A DNA stretch of 64,000 bases from Octopus sinensis (Eukaryota): NCBI RefSeq assembly GCF_006345805.1, contig NC_043001.1, positions 30,380,001-30,444,000 of the forward strand. The letters are read 5' to 3'. The notes beneath the pieces are model-generated. The model had not been told where the DNA came from, did no database searches, and worked only from the letters and a program-made list of their open reading frames with translations. The first letter of the stretch is position 1, and each line of letters begins with the position of its first letter. The position numbers and the translations under genes were made by a program. This document shows, piece after piece, positions 45,525 to 58,736 of this stretch.

Positions 45525-47444
45525 TATATATATAATCTGCTGGTCGTTACAGTTTAGTTTTTTTAATTTAATTTTATTTTTATTTTACAGCATCAAATAA
45601 ATTTATTGAAATTAGTTGAGTATTTATTTTGTTTTCACCAAATAAGAACCAAATACAATTGTGATTTTACACACATACATATGTGTATATCGCTTTTTCT
45701 TTATATATATATGTATGTATGTATGCATGCACACACACACCTCAATATTTCTACGTATTGTTTATTTCTATACATGTTTGTGTTTATATACATGCATATA
45801 CGTTATTTCACATCTTAATGATTTCAAGTACCAAAGTAAAGCATCGAAAAAAAAACAAGCTATTGAGTTGCGAATTTTCTTATCGCTCAACAAAACTTTT
45901 GGTACTTATTTGTAATCTGATTGGGGGAATTAACAAGGGCAACAGTTGGGAGGAATTCTTGTTTGTCTTTTTTTATTATTATTTATTTTATAACTCTTGT
46001 TATCACAGCGTGTTGTTTACATTATTTTCTGAAATTAATTATATTTTTTATTTAATAAAACTAATAACGGTTAATGTAAACATTAACCTTAATAACTAAT
46101 GCAAAGAACTTCTTAAAAAACTTGAATGTCATTTTCAATGCTAGAAGGCATTCGAAAAATTTGTTTAAAGCGAAAATCGCCCTTTCCATATGATTTTCTT
46201 GTAACTAGATTATAACCAAGCACTCGTTACTAGTACTGATTTTATCAACTTCTTTGGAATTCTAAGTTTCATTAGTCGACTACAACGGAATTAAAAATCA
46301 AAAACTTGAATAGTCCCTCGAAAGGCATTTTGTTTGTGTAACCATGTCCACCACCAGCTTAGATTAAGAGTCCATATGTTGTTTTTCGTTTGAAGTTTGT
46401 ATTTAATTGCCGTACCAATAAAGTTAATAAACGGAACGAAAGTTATTCCACTTATTTATTTATTTATTAAAATCTGATGGGATTTAGGGAATGGTATCAA
46501 GAAACTGTAGACATTGACCTCAAAAAATGTTTTTTTAATCGAGATCTTATAATGACCAAAGTTATTAACTTTTCCATTTTCAGTCGTTCCAATTTAGTAA
46601 ATAAAATGTTATGCAACAAGTGTAGCCCTCTCCATTCACACTAGTTCTTTCATGCAAATTCAGGACCTCAAATCTTTAGGCAACCATAAATGAAATAAAG
46701 TTGTGATACTTGTAACAGTAAATAATATTAGGTACACAATATTATGATATGTCTCGAGTCAGCAGTTGTAACGATAACAATTTGTTATAACAGCATACTG
46801 TAGAATGTGAAAGATGAACAATGCATGAAGTTTTAAGAAAGTATTTATTTACAGTTACGTTACAATACCTTGCCTCGTCAGGCAGGTTATGATAAATACA
46901 AAAGCATACAAAGTTAAGTTTGTTTGGGTTCTCTTCATTGCTTAGTAAGTGGTTAACAGAGAGAGATAGAATGATGTTGTAAGAGAACAGAATTAGAGCT
47001 AGTGAGAGTCGTAGGGAAGTAGAAGAGGTTAGAAAGGGTCAAGTGGTGAATACTAAAGGGTCAAGAATAGAAAGGGTCAAGTGGTGAAGCTAAAGGCATC
47101 TGGAAAATGTAAAACTGCTGTCACAGAAAAACCCATTGTTCGACGGTGGGAAAAGTTCTATTGCAGTGTTAATTTAAATTTGGCTATGGTGGATCGAATC
47201 CACTTCATGCATGCGAGATCCACTACATACTCATGTCTTGAATAATTAGACACGTTTTATAATACGATATAATTTGACAAATTTTACACTTAGGTGCAGT
47301 TGGTTACTGGGACACTTTGTCATATTTGAGGTGCAGTGAATTTTTACTTTGAATTATATATATCCCCCAAAATACACGCATTGAATGATTATAAAGTCAG
47401 TGTTTATTAAAATAAATTTCATTTTCAACTTTTAATAAAATATA

Positions 47445-47650
47445 AAGCGGTGAGCTGGCAGAATCGTTAGCGTGTGGGACGAAATACTTAGCGGCATTTC
47501 GTCCGTCTTCATGTTCTGAATTCAAATTCCGCTGAGATTGACTCTACCCTTTCGTCCTTTCGGGTCGATAAAATAAGTACCAGTTGGGCACTGGAGTCAG
47601 TGTAATCGAATGGCCCCGAAATTACTGGCCTTGTACTAAAATTTGAAACC
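47445..47650 (+). mobile_element. Family B SINE (older subtype)
   Basis: GCGGTGAGCTGGCAGAATCGTTAGC...GGGTCGATAAAATAAGTACCAG...GGCCTTGTACTAAAATTTGAAACC. Confidence 0.8.
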
Positions 47651-47892
47651 AATATTTAGTAGAACGAACCGGCCGAATTTAATTCCGATCTAGTCTGCAG
47701 TAGACGAGATTCTTTAATTCGTTTATGAACGCTTTTTCAAACCGACGACCGTTTTGGTCCAGGCACTGCTGAAAGCGCGATACAATGGAATTGCAAACAT
47801 CTAGAAACATCTCGTTTGCTATTTGTGCACATTCTCATTCATCGGCTGCCGGATTTATACTGTAAACTTTATCTTTTAGGTATCCTTATAAC

Positions 47893-47923
<31 letters not shown>

Positions 47924-48149
47924 AGTAATGTTCTGTTCGATGAACGCGGAGGATATTCTACTGAACCTCTCTGTTCTATTCACTTGTTTTGACTAAATCT
48001 CTGATATATACTTTGATAGGTATGGGTTTACATTACTAAAGTAGTGTGGGAGTACTCCATGTTACTGTAAATAAACTCCACTCCTTCAAATTCTTTTGAA
48101 TGATTGACATGACAGCAAGTTCAAATAAACAAGACTTGTCAGTATTGTT

Positions 48150-48700
48150 AAAAGATGACCCAGTTAATCTTTTGCGTGATAAACCTCACCATTCTGCAAC
48201 TGGTGGTAAATTAACATGATGTCCCTCCCTGTAATATGTAGATTTTCAGGTCCCCAGTCAATGCAATTGTGGAATTTAATTGAGTCATGTAATTTAAATG
48301 TGGCATTATCATTCCAAGTAATTTTGGAAAGTGTGCATCTTCTATACATCTTACCAAATGATTGCAAATGAACCGGCCGAATTTAAATGATTGCAGATCA
48401 TCTTCATTGAGAGCATGGATTATACTTGGAATGTAACTTTTCCAATGATAGCACTTCAGCGCAGTGAATGCTTAATGTTGAAATTCACATCTCATGACTT
48501 ACTTGCTACACAGATTTTATCAAACTCCCACAGTAGGTTTCCAGTACCTGTTCATGCTTTGTGGGGCTCATTGATGTCCATGATTTTCTTAAACATTTCT
48601 TGTGGACATTTTGAACAGTTCCTTCTGCTTCAATGTTATCTGTAATTCAAGTGATGGTAAGTCACATAGGTGGATCTGTTTGAAACTTCTTCCTAAACTG
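48150..48700 (-). mobile_element. Degenerate Tc1/mariner-superfamily (rosa/DD41D-like) transposase
   Basis: YHWKSYIPSIIHALNEDD and [32 protein letters not shown] resemble HPYK...QxLxxxD and IxxSDEAxFxLxGxVNxHNCxxWxxENPH. Confidence 0.7.
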
Positions 48701-49335
48701 TCTTTTGCACTTTGATTGTGTTTAGAAACATTCAGTTGTGCATTAGAATAAATTTCCTTTGTTCAAAGCTTTGTCTGGCTCCATTAATTATTTCTAATTG
48801 ATTAAATCTAAAGGAAATAAAAACTAAGTGCTACTGATATATTTTTGTGTTTAACACTCTATGTCTATTAGAGATACTATCTACTGTAAGTATGATACAC
48901 AGGTTGCTATTTCAAACTAATACTGCTTCTGTCGCACATATATATATATATATAAGTTAAATTCAAAATTAAGGTTGAAAAAGAAGGCATTAAATACAGT
49001 ATCCAAAACCTTGTTTTGGGTAAGTCCCTGGGAGCGTGCCTGTGGAGCACATTCAATGCCATAACCCCACACCATTTACATTACATTTTTTGTATTTTTT
49101 TAATCATTTTTTTTAGCGACCACTTCTTAACCACAACTATAAACACCCCACCCCCTGTTTACTTTAGATTCTTTATTTTTTTTATTTTCTCTACTTTTTT
49201 ATCAACAACTTCGTGAGCACAACTCTCATACCTAACCAAAATGTGACTGAACTGCTAGCAACTCACTACCTGCATATAATCTTTGAGCAAAAACGAAATG
49301 TAAATCTTTTGAACTTTTGAAGCATGTTACATCAC

Positions 49336-49431
49336 CTGATGAGGCTCCTTGCACTGTGTGTTGCATCTGATGTCATTACATCATTCCATACCCACTCGGA
49401 AGCAGTGCAAAACGAAGCCAAAACAATTGTG
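49336..49431 (+). mobile_element. Penelope-like tail with decayed hammerhead motif
   Basis: CTGATGA, stem II GGCT/AGCC with inner TTGCACTG/CAGTGCAA, AAAA in place of GAAA, palindromic CAATTG. Confidence 0.45.
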
Positions 49432-50051
49432 TTAATAAAGCTTCTAGTTACATCCCATATTCCATATCAATCATTTAATATATATATATATATATATAGA
49501 TAGATAGATAGATAGATAGATAACAAAAGAGGAAGTTGGAAAATTTAAATTTATTGACATTATTTATTCATCGTTACAACGCACGCACACACACACACAC
49601 ACATGATATCTGCCCTCTAGAATTTTCTCTTTGCACATATATTTTCCTACAGCCATCAAAAGGAACACTGACTGTGTTACTCACCAGTCTAAGGACAGTA
49701 CCTGTAATGATCTAAGTCACAACCCCTACCTTCAGAACAAACAAATAAATCACAATTAAAGACATGGCAAGAACTAAAAGTAACAGATGTGACCTGAGTC
49801 AGCTTCATGTCAGCAATTTATTTCAGCTGTATTAATACCTGCCATTATAATAAATCATAATTTAGGCAGTTGAGAGCTACATGTCAAAGTTATTTAGTAA
49901 GCGAAAAACGAAGTATAAAACTTTATTGGTGATTAACGAGAGATTAAGAAATGCATATTTGCATTCAAAAGTGTTTGTGACAATACAGCGAAAAATATTC
50001 TTTCCATTTAAGCAACAAATATACATACATATATACATTCAAACATACACA

Positions 50052-50084
<33 letters not shown>

Positions 50085-50211
50085 CATCATCATTTAATGT
50101 CCGCTTTCCATGCTCTGTGTGTGTGTGCGTGTGTAGTGCAGAGATTGTAATGGTTTGTTAGAGACAGGGTATGGAGGTAAGATATGAAAGGTGTGTGGTG
50201 TATTCCGTATA

Positions 50212-50580
50212 TCAGTCAGGGATGTGTGGAGGGGATAAAACTAATTGAGTAATAGTGTTGAGAATTGTAAAATATTCAGTTCCTTCACTGACATAAGTAT
50301 AGAATGAGTAGGGTCTTCCAGTAGCCACCCTCTTGATCCAAGGTAGTACTACCTCCTCTAGGTACTTGATGTAGGCCTCCGTGTTGAGTCTGAGGCTGTG
50401 TGGGAAGATGAATGGAGGCATAATGTCACCATCACTAATGATCACTCCAGACACCATGATGTTGACTGGATGTTTGATTTTTATCACTCTCGATACATAT
50501 CCTAAGATTGACATCCAAATATTCTGAAATGTTTGTATTGGAGCTTCCGGCATGAATGCCAAGCAGTACGTCATGTTGTT
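50212..50580 (-). mobile_element. Internally deleted maT/DD37D-like mariner
   Basis: KHPVNIMVSGVIISDGDIMPPFIFPHSLRLNTEAYIKYLEEVVLPWIKRVATGRPY, joined directly to N-terminal remnants. Confidence 0.85.
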
Positions 50581-52023
50581 TCCAAATTTCTGGTTGTGAA
50601 TTACATCATGGTGCTGTTTTTCTCACAGACGGTGCCCAACTGTCCCTACAATACTGTATAGTTGACAAAATCAAGAACAAACAATGCACAAAAAAAAATA
50701 TATATAAAATGATGGCAATTTATCCATCACATCCTGTGTAGTGTATGCTGCTTTGACATTAGAAATGAACTGTAGACAATGGGCATGAAATTTGTATGTT
50801 GGAGAAAAATATGAGATATGGTTTGCATGTTAGCAAGAGGTGATGTATGGAATTAGTCTCAACATAATCATCATCATTTAATGTCGTTTTCAATGCTGGT
50901 ATGAGTTAGATACTTTGACAGGAGCTGGAAAGTCTGAACATTGCACCAAGCTCTACTGTCTGCTTTGGCATAGTTTCTATTGCTTAATGTCCTTCCTAGT
51001 GCCAACCACTTTATAGAGTGTACTGGGTGACACCAGCAGTCTGTGGATATTGAAAAAGATGGTGAATTATCTAGCTGGTTTGGTGTTATTTTTCAATGCC
51101 AAGGGCCATGAAGAGAGTGTTGCTGCACCACAAGGTCATGATAGCAATAGGTTTCTGCTGGGAACCTGATCAAAATGCTTGCAATAGAGCAAGCAATGTT
51201 GAAACCCTGAGCAGTGTTCTGTGTCTATCCCTTCCACACTCCCACAAACAGAGGACTTTTTATGTGCTTGCTTGGCTTCAGCCATGAATGACCGTGGAAT
51301 TGCACCTAGAAAATTCCTCTCCAAGGTACAGGTCCAGGCATGTTTGTTTATGGAAGACCTGCAATCATGCATGCATACCAGCCTCCCTCTCCATGCCACT
51401 GATGTTATCTAAAAAAGAAAAAAAAAAGGGCAAAGGCTGATGCAACTTGGTACCAACGATGTCACAACTCATTTCTACAGCTGAGTGAACTGGAGCAACA
51501 TGAAATAAAGTGTCTTGCTCAAGAACACAACCCACTGCCTAGTCCAGGAATCGAACTCATTACCTCATGATTGTGAGCCCAGTGCTCTAACCACTGAGCC
51601 ATACGCCATCACGTAACAGTTGGTTTACTATATACAACAAGACAACATAAGACAAAGCACAGCCTGATATATGATGACCCCCACCTCGTATAAAATAAGC
51701 AATGCCTTGATCAAGCACATAGAGATAAGTCCAGGTTAACATATTGCTAATATAGTACAGTGAGTGCTGGTAGTGTGGGAAATATGTTCCTGGTGGAGGT
51801 GGGCTGAGATGTAGGTTTGATTTATAGTTGTAGCTTCTTCTTACACTGTGACCTTCTTTGAAAGTCACTATCACAAAACACCTACTTCCAGCCCCCTTAA
51901 AGAATTAGGTAGCTATTAATAAATAGGTCAACTGTCAGGAATATTTTAGTCTCTAACTGTTATATGTACTATTACAGTGACGGGTTAAAAAAAAAAGTTT
52001 CATTAAATAATTAAACTAGTGTA

Positions 52024-52450
52024 GGCGTAGGAGTGGCTGTGTGGTAAGTAGCTTGCTTACCAACCACATGGTTCCGGGTTCAGTCCCACTGCGTGGCACC
52101 TTGGGCAAGTGTCTTCTAGTATAGCCTCAGGCCGACCAAAGCCTTGTGAGTGGATTTGGTTGACAGAAACTGAAAGAAGCCCGTCGTATATATGTATATA
52201 TATATATATATGTGTGTATGTGTGTGTGAATATGTTTGTGTGTCTGTGTTTGTCCCCCCCCCCTCAACATTGCTTGACAACCGATGATAGTGTGTTTATG
52301 TCCCCGTAACTTAGTGGTTCGGCATGAGAGACCGACAGAATAAGTACTAGGCTTACAAAGAATAAGTCCTGGGGGTCGATTTGCTCGACTAAAGGTGGTG
52401 CTTCAGCATGGCCACAGTCAAATGACTGAAACAAGTAAAAGAGTAAAAGA
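52024..52450 (+). mobile_element. Young A-D composite SINE
   Basis: Near-identical to 10970. Confidence 0.9.
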
Positions 52451-52899
52451 GAAAAAAGTGTTTATATTTTTTTATGCAGAGTCATAAAAAAATAGCTAGA
52501 AATATTTATGCTGTAAGTATATCAAAAAATACAAAAGCAATATAAATCTTTGAATGATAACATTTTAATTCTTTCAGCAAGCATGGAAAACAGGCTCTAA
52601 ATATGTTTTAGACGTATGCCTTCTCAGCAACGTATAGACTTCACAATATGTGAAGTAGTAATGAGAGAATTACCAAGTAAATGTACGAGAATGTTGGTAC
52701 CAAAATAAAGAAATGTTCAGGAAATAAATTACTCATAAAAGACATCCACATAAAAAAGAATAATAGTTAACTTAGTGCGAACGTATACAGGGAGCCAATG
52801 AAAACAAAAATGAAATAGAAAAATTAGATTGGTGAGAAAAACATGTCAGTGCAGTGATCTGACTTATGCTGTAGTTACTGACTTTTCATAGTTCTATAG

Positions 52900-53180
52900 T
52901 TAACGAAAGTGCTATTATGAGACGCTGTTGAGCATGGGGAATGCATGGGATAAAAGGGGGCTACCTTATGCTGACTCTACAGAGGGATCAGTATTTCAAG
53001 TCAACTGCAGCTTGGTAGATAAAGTGATTAAGGACATGAATGTAGAGAAAGCTGTGCTCCACCAGAGATAGTTGTAGAGAATCTCAAAATATCTAGTGAG
53101 GTAGGATATATGATAACCAAGATAATTTATCAAATAATATATGAAGGTGTCATAGCAGTATCTTTGTAAACTTCTACACA
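52900..53180 (+). mobile_element. RTE LINE fragment (pre-RT region)
   Basis: YETLLS.GNAWDK.GLPYADSTEG...LVDKVIKDM...KA...LKISSEVGY resembles HYExLLN...KAxGPxGIxxEMLK. Confidence 0.65.
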
Positions 53181-53268
53181 GACATGACAGAAGTAAATAG
53201 ACACCCCATAAAACATCGTTTTGTGTTTATTTTAAAATGGTTTATATTTTTATTAATGGACATTTTTA

Positions 53269-53686
53269 GGATCTTTTCGGTTTGAATGGCAGTTTTTAAC
53301 ATAATTTCTAGGTAACTAAAAAATTTTGAACTTTGGATACTGGTAGAATGTGTTTATAAAACATCTTTTTCTCTTAACTTTATTGAGAAAATTCTATAGT
53401 TTGTAAGATATCTGTTTTTTTTTCTTCAATTTCTGCAATTTCAACCAATCACTGACGTCTATTGAGATAAAAAAACATTCTGTGCAGTATGAATATGTCC
53501 CTTGTTTAAGAAACAGATTGGGTTTATTTACATTTGTGAAGAAAAAAAAGATACCCTTCCCCCCCACCCCTAACCCTAACCCTAAAACAGATTGAAATGC
53601 AATAGATCGATACTAGGGTCATAATTATGGGTGACAATTTCATATGACACTACTAGAAAAAACTGCCGTTCAAGCCGAAAAGATCC
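53269..53686. mobile_element. MITE with 29-bp TIRs and 8-bp TSD (Merlin-like), containing (CCCTAA)3
   Basis: GGATCTTTTCGGTTTGAATGGCAGTTTTT / AAAAACTGCCGTTCAAGCCGAAAAGATCC, TSD CATTTTTA on both sides, CCCTAA x3 at 53568-53585. Confidence 0.88.
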
Positions 53687-53725
53687 CATTTTTATGTTTC
53701 AGTTTCTGTATGTGACTGTTTAATC

Positions 53726-54299
53726 ATGCCACATGCAAATGAAGCCTCGGAACTGTCCAAATTTCAAAGAGGCCGTATTGTGGGTCAATCTGAAGGTGGA
53801 CTTAGTGTAAAATTGCTTAAAACCTTGGGATCCTGTTTTCTACAGTTAATAGGGTGATTGTGCAACTCACCAGAGAGGGGAAGGAGTCCACATCACCTTA
53901 TCCAGGTTGACCAGGACCCTTTACCTTGTTAAGTGAAGTGTAGAGGATAATCATCATTGCAAGGCCTCTGATATCACAGAACAAGTTGATGTCAGTCTCA
54001 GAACAGCTGTCAGGTATCTCCACAAACTTGACTACGATAGCAGAGCAGCAAGAAGGAAGCCTTTTCTTCATCCAGCCAATATCAAGTGGACAAAAGATTG
54101 GACCACTAAGATGATGGAGTGGCCACTAGCATTTTGGGACACTGTTATATTCTCTGATGAGTCCAGATTTGCTGTATTTTCTGACAGTGGTCAAGTGTGA
54201 GTCTGGAGACGCTGTGATCAAGAATTTGACATGAAAAGATTGCTGCCAACAATGAAACAAGACAGCTATTCTGTGATTGTCTGGGGAGAAATTTGGTAT
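53726..54299 (+). mobile_element. Tc1-like transposase 5' half, frameshifted
   Basis: MPHANEASELSKFQRGRIVG (HTH)...AARRKPFL...WDTVIFSDESRF...RVWRR...VIVWG. Confidence 0.9.
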
Positions 54300-54314
54300 A
54301 TATATATATAATAT

Positions 54315-54790
54315 ATACCATCATCATCATCATCATTTAACATCCATTTCCCATGCTGGCATGAGTTGGAAAGTTTGACAGGAGCTGGTCAGCTGAAGAG
54401 CTGCCCAGGCTCCATGTCTGTTTTAGCATGGTTTCTATGGCTGGATGTCCTTCCTAATGCCAATCACTTTACAAAGTGTACTGTGTGCTTTTATGCATCA
54501 CCGGCACCAGCATCCAGAGCCCACAAGGTTAGGAATGGTCAGCTGGAGAGGGATACTGAGAACAGCTTGTATGCAAGGACACTTTTATTTAGCTTAACAT
54601 GTTTTTTCCAGCACAGCAAACCGACCGGAGCCTCAGTCCCCTGTCATCCCCTCTGTGAGTCCCAATGTCTGTAGATCCTTTCTCACTACTTCATCCCCCC
54701 ACATCTTCCTGAATCTATCCCTTCTACATGTTCCTCTACAATTTGAGATCAGCACTGCTTGATGCAGCTGTCTTCATTATATGGCTGTAT
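54315..54790 (-). mobile_element. RTE LINE 3' end
   Basis: (CAT)n tail, UTR, then ORF-terminal remnants in reverse. Confidence 0.7.
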
Positions 54791-56059
54791 CAGCATAGCC
54801 GTGTGTGTGTGTGCATGCGGGTGTATCTCTGTTTGTTCCTTAACACTGCTTGACAACCGATGGTGGTGTGTTTACATCCCCATACCTTAGTGGTTCAGCA
54901 AAAGAGACCAATAGAATAAGTACTAGGTTTCAAAAATAATCAGTCCTAGGGTCAGTTTGTTTGACTAAAACCCTTCAAGGTGGTGCTCCAGCATGGCCGT
55001 AGTAAAATGACCGAAACAAGTAAAAGATAAAAGATACTGGCTGGATATGTGACTAACATGTTTGTTTAAGAAACAAAAGAATTATGGGAATTGAAGTGTT
55101 GAAGCGGAAATGATATTTTTAAAGATAAATTATGGAAGTGATTGTTAATTAAGATAATTTATTAGAAAAATTACTCAAGTGGTAAAAATACCAATATGAA
55201 TTGAGAGAGCAGGCATCATGGATTTGTAGCCATTGGCATTATGAACAGAAGATAATTGATAAGAACCATGGATCAATATAGCGAGATGTTAAAACTTGGG
55301 TTGGTGCTCTCTGCTGTATTCCTAGCTATACTCTTTACACTGGAAAAATATAAAGGTGTGTATCAACTATGAAGGAAACTCTTTTCATACCTGCTTGGGA
55401 AATTAGGCAGTTTTATTTATCTGTTGATATTTTCAATAGGCCTTTCATTTTGTTTTATACATGCTGATACATGCTGAAGGTGTTTACAATTGCACGTGCG
55501 CTTGTGCACAAACACTGCTTTTTGTTTCTTTATTTGTTTAAAACAAATACCATCATCATCATCTTCATCTGTCTTCCATTCTGGATGGGTTGGATGATCT
55601 GACAGGATTCAACAGGTTGAAGGTCTGTGTTGTGTTCCGTTGTCTGCTTTGACATGGTCCCTATGGCTGAATGCCCTTTCTAATGCTGACTACTTTACAG
55701 AGTTAATATTTATCCCCACTTAAACCTGGATGTTCTGTTAGAACAAACTATACTGTGGTAGATACCACGAGAGAAACTCTCATATTGGCTTTTGGTGCAA
55801 AATGCATTCTTGCTTATATTGCTAGTGGGGAGATAAATACCTGCCTTCTCCAGTACTGAGACCACCAAAACAAATGATTTCAACCTTTCTTGGTCTCATC
55901 AATGGTGGACGCCCAACTGCTAGAGATAGCAGCTACTCATCTCTCTGCCAGTGATATATAAGAAAACAGTGCCAGAATGCACTAGTGTTTTGATTAGTCA
56001 GTGAGCTTGTTAAAAAATATATATTAGTGACAGAGTCAGTATTAATACCAGGAGGTAAT

Positions 56060-56340
56060 ATTTATTTTTCCCATTCTGAAGTTACCATCCATTTTGAGCA
56101 TTTACTGCATTTTCATGCAGCTGTTGTCATTGCATGTCCATGCCATCACAATCTTCTCTTTTGTAGACTACATCCAATTCCTCTTATATACAGCTTCTCT
56201 CTCATGTTATTTGTGTTGCATCATTCATGCACACTGGTATTACGCATCCCATGGAACATGCTTGCTACATTTCATTCTAGTCTTTGCAAATCTTCTGCAT
56301 TCAGGACCTGGGTCTTACTACCATGTAGCATCCTCAAAAC
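56060..56340 (-). mobile_element. RTE LINE ORF fragment
   Basis: Reverse translation MLHGSKTQVLNAEDLQRLE...MREKLYIRGIGCSLQKRRL*WHGH. Confidence 0.75.
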
Positions 56341-57175
56341 AATTCACCTCATCACCCTTAGCATGTTGTCCTTCTCTTTCTCACTAACCTCTGCCACTAA
56401 TCCCTACCCTATCCCTTGTCTTTTCCATACTCCTTCTTTCAGTAGTGTATACTTTATTACTCTCCCCAATATCACTCTTTAACAACTATCAATCTGTTCC
56501 TCTCTTTATATGGTACCCTCTTGCATCACTTCATTTAGAATCTTCACACCCTGTCTCTACTATTTGTCGGTTATAGGGGTCCCTTTAGATCCTTAGTTTT
56601 GCAAGTTGCAAGGTGGCTTCATTTGTGCTGGTGCCATGAAAAAGTACCCCTTACACTCTTTAAAGTGTTAGTGTTAGTGGCTAGTGTTAGGAAGGACATC
56701 CAGCTGTAAAAAACCATGCCAAAGCAGACATTGGAGTACACCATGGTCCTCTGACTTGTCGGATATTGTCAAACTGTCCAACCCATGCCAACATAGAAAA
56801 CAGACATTTAATCAATTTTATCTGGTCTTGCGTTTCTGAATGATAGAACTAAACAATTATTGTAAGAAGTTGGTTCTGTTCATCATTTGCAATAAATATT
56901 GATGCCTTTAAACAATAATTTAAAGTTATTAGATCCATTTATCCTTCGTATTAACTTGTGCTTTTTGCCTTAGAAAGCATTTCTTCTGAAAAAAAAAAGT
57001 TGTTTTTCATTCATTATTATTATTGTTATTTTACTTGTTATTTATATTTTCGTTGTTATCCTGAATTTTTACATGGACTTTTCTATCAGACAAAACCCTT
57101 TGTAATTTTCGTCCTGTATTTGTCGTTAGATGTTTTCTTTGATTTTTGTTAGCCCTTGTGGCCAATAAACAAGAA

Positions 57176-57178
57176 TTA

Positions 57179-57226
<48 letters not shown>

Positions 57227-57240
57227 GTTATTATTATTAT
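57176..57240. repeat. (TTA)n microsatellite ending ~30 nt upstream of CWH43 exon 2
   Basis: Directly visible. Confidence 0.95.
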
Positions 57241-57271
57241 AATTAAAAAAAATTTTTTTTTCAATTTCTAG

Positions 57272-57584
57272 GTTACATCTTCTGGTGCTTATTTCTAGCA
57301 CTGGCACCAATGATTTGGTTTTATCCTCTCAACGAACTCAGCATCACCGGTTATGAAGCACTGTCATTATTGACTTTAACACCAATCATCACAGAATCAG
57401 CTTTTATATTGAAACTCCTCCAAAAACCACACATGGTCATTATCCTCCGTCTATTGTCTGTCGTATCATTAGCGTCTTTTCAAGCTCCTGATACTCTTCT
57501 CCGTCTTCTGTTCCTCTCTTTGGGGACATCATGTGCCTTACTTGTATTTACAATCACATTATGGAATCCAAACTATAAAATAAG
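57272..57584 (+). CDS. CWH43: CWH43 exon 2
   Basis: TTCTAG|GTTACA...ATAAG|GTACAG; PMIWFYPLNELSITGYEA...LASFQAPDTLLRLLFLSLG matches PMIYYFPLQTLELTGLEG...IASFQAPNAKLRLMVLALG; 313 nt. Confidence 0.93.
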
Positions 57585-58315
57585 GTACAGCATTATTATT
57601 CATTTTTAATTTCAGTTATCTTTCTTTTATACATTTACTAGTTCAAAAACCACACTGTGTGGACTTTTAAGCTAGCTCCTGTGGAGGGCTAATTGGGTCT
57701 GCAGCCCCAAACCAAAGAGAGTGAAATAGCATGACTATAATACTATATGCCCTAGTGATGTTTGATCAGAGGTTAAGGATGGATGAGAATTAATTCTGTC
57801 GGGCATGGCTGTGTGGTTAGAGAGCTTGCTTCCTAGCTACATGGTTTCGGGTTCAGTCCCACTGCGTGGCACTTTGGGTGGGTGTCTTCCACTATAGCCC
57901 CGAGCCGACCGGAGCTTTGTGATTGAATTCGGTAGGTGGAAGTTACTGCCGTGTGTGTATGTGTGCGTATAGCTACTCAGTGCCTCTCCGAAAGAGAGAG
58001 AGGGAATTATTCTGCTATTCTGGTACCAATTTGAAATCCATCTGTTGGTCAGTTTGTCCCTAAGTTCTTATCTCGATGTAAAATAATGATGTGAATGTCA
58101 TTTGTCTCCCTCTTGATCTATGACAGCATCTGACAAATGCCAACCAAGATGGCGTGAATCAGCCAAGCTTTACCTGCTAGAAATAGCAACCCAAATGCTT
58201 TTAAATCAGATCCCTATACTGGATGTTCAAGAACCAAATGAAAGACAGATTTTCAGTCCTGGGAAATATTTTCAAACTTTGTTAATTTTGGTGATTTAAA
58301 ATTTTCCTAATTATA

Positions 58316-58480
58316 GGCGCAGGAGTGGCTGTGTGGTAAGTAGCTTGTTAACCAACCACATGGTTCCGGGTTCAGTCCCACTGCGTGGCATCTTGGGCAA
58401 GTGTCTTCTGCTATAGCCCCGGGCCGACCAATGCCTTGTGAGTGGATTTGGTAGATGGAAACTGAAAGAAGCCTGTCGTA

Positions 58481-58531
<51 letters not shown>

Positions 58532-58736
58532 CTGTGTTGTCCCCCTAGCATTGCTTGACAACCGATGCTGTTGTGTTACGTCCCCGTCACTTAGCGGTTC
58601 GGCAAAAGAGACCGATAGAATAAGTACTGGGCTTACAAAGAATAAGTCCCGGGGTCGATTTGCTCGACTAAAGGTGGTGCTCCAGCATGGCCGCAGTCAA
58701 ATGACTGAAACAAGTAAAAGAGTAAAGAGTAAGAGT
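58316..58736 (+). mobile_element. Young A-D composite SINE
   Basis: Near-identical to 33641. Confidence 0.9.

Noticed and set aside
53568-53585. Telomere or telomere-fusion site
   Set aside because: Only three hexamers, internal to a MITE with TIRs and TSD.
56027-56482. 151-aa plus-strand ORF
   Set aside because: Antisense shadow of an RTE LINE fragment.
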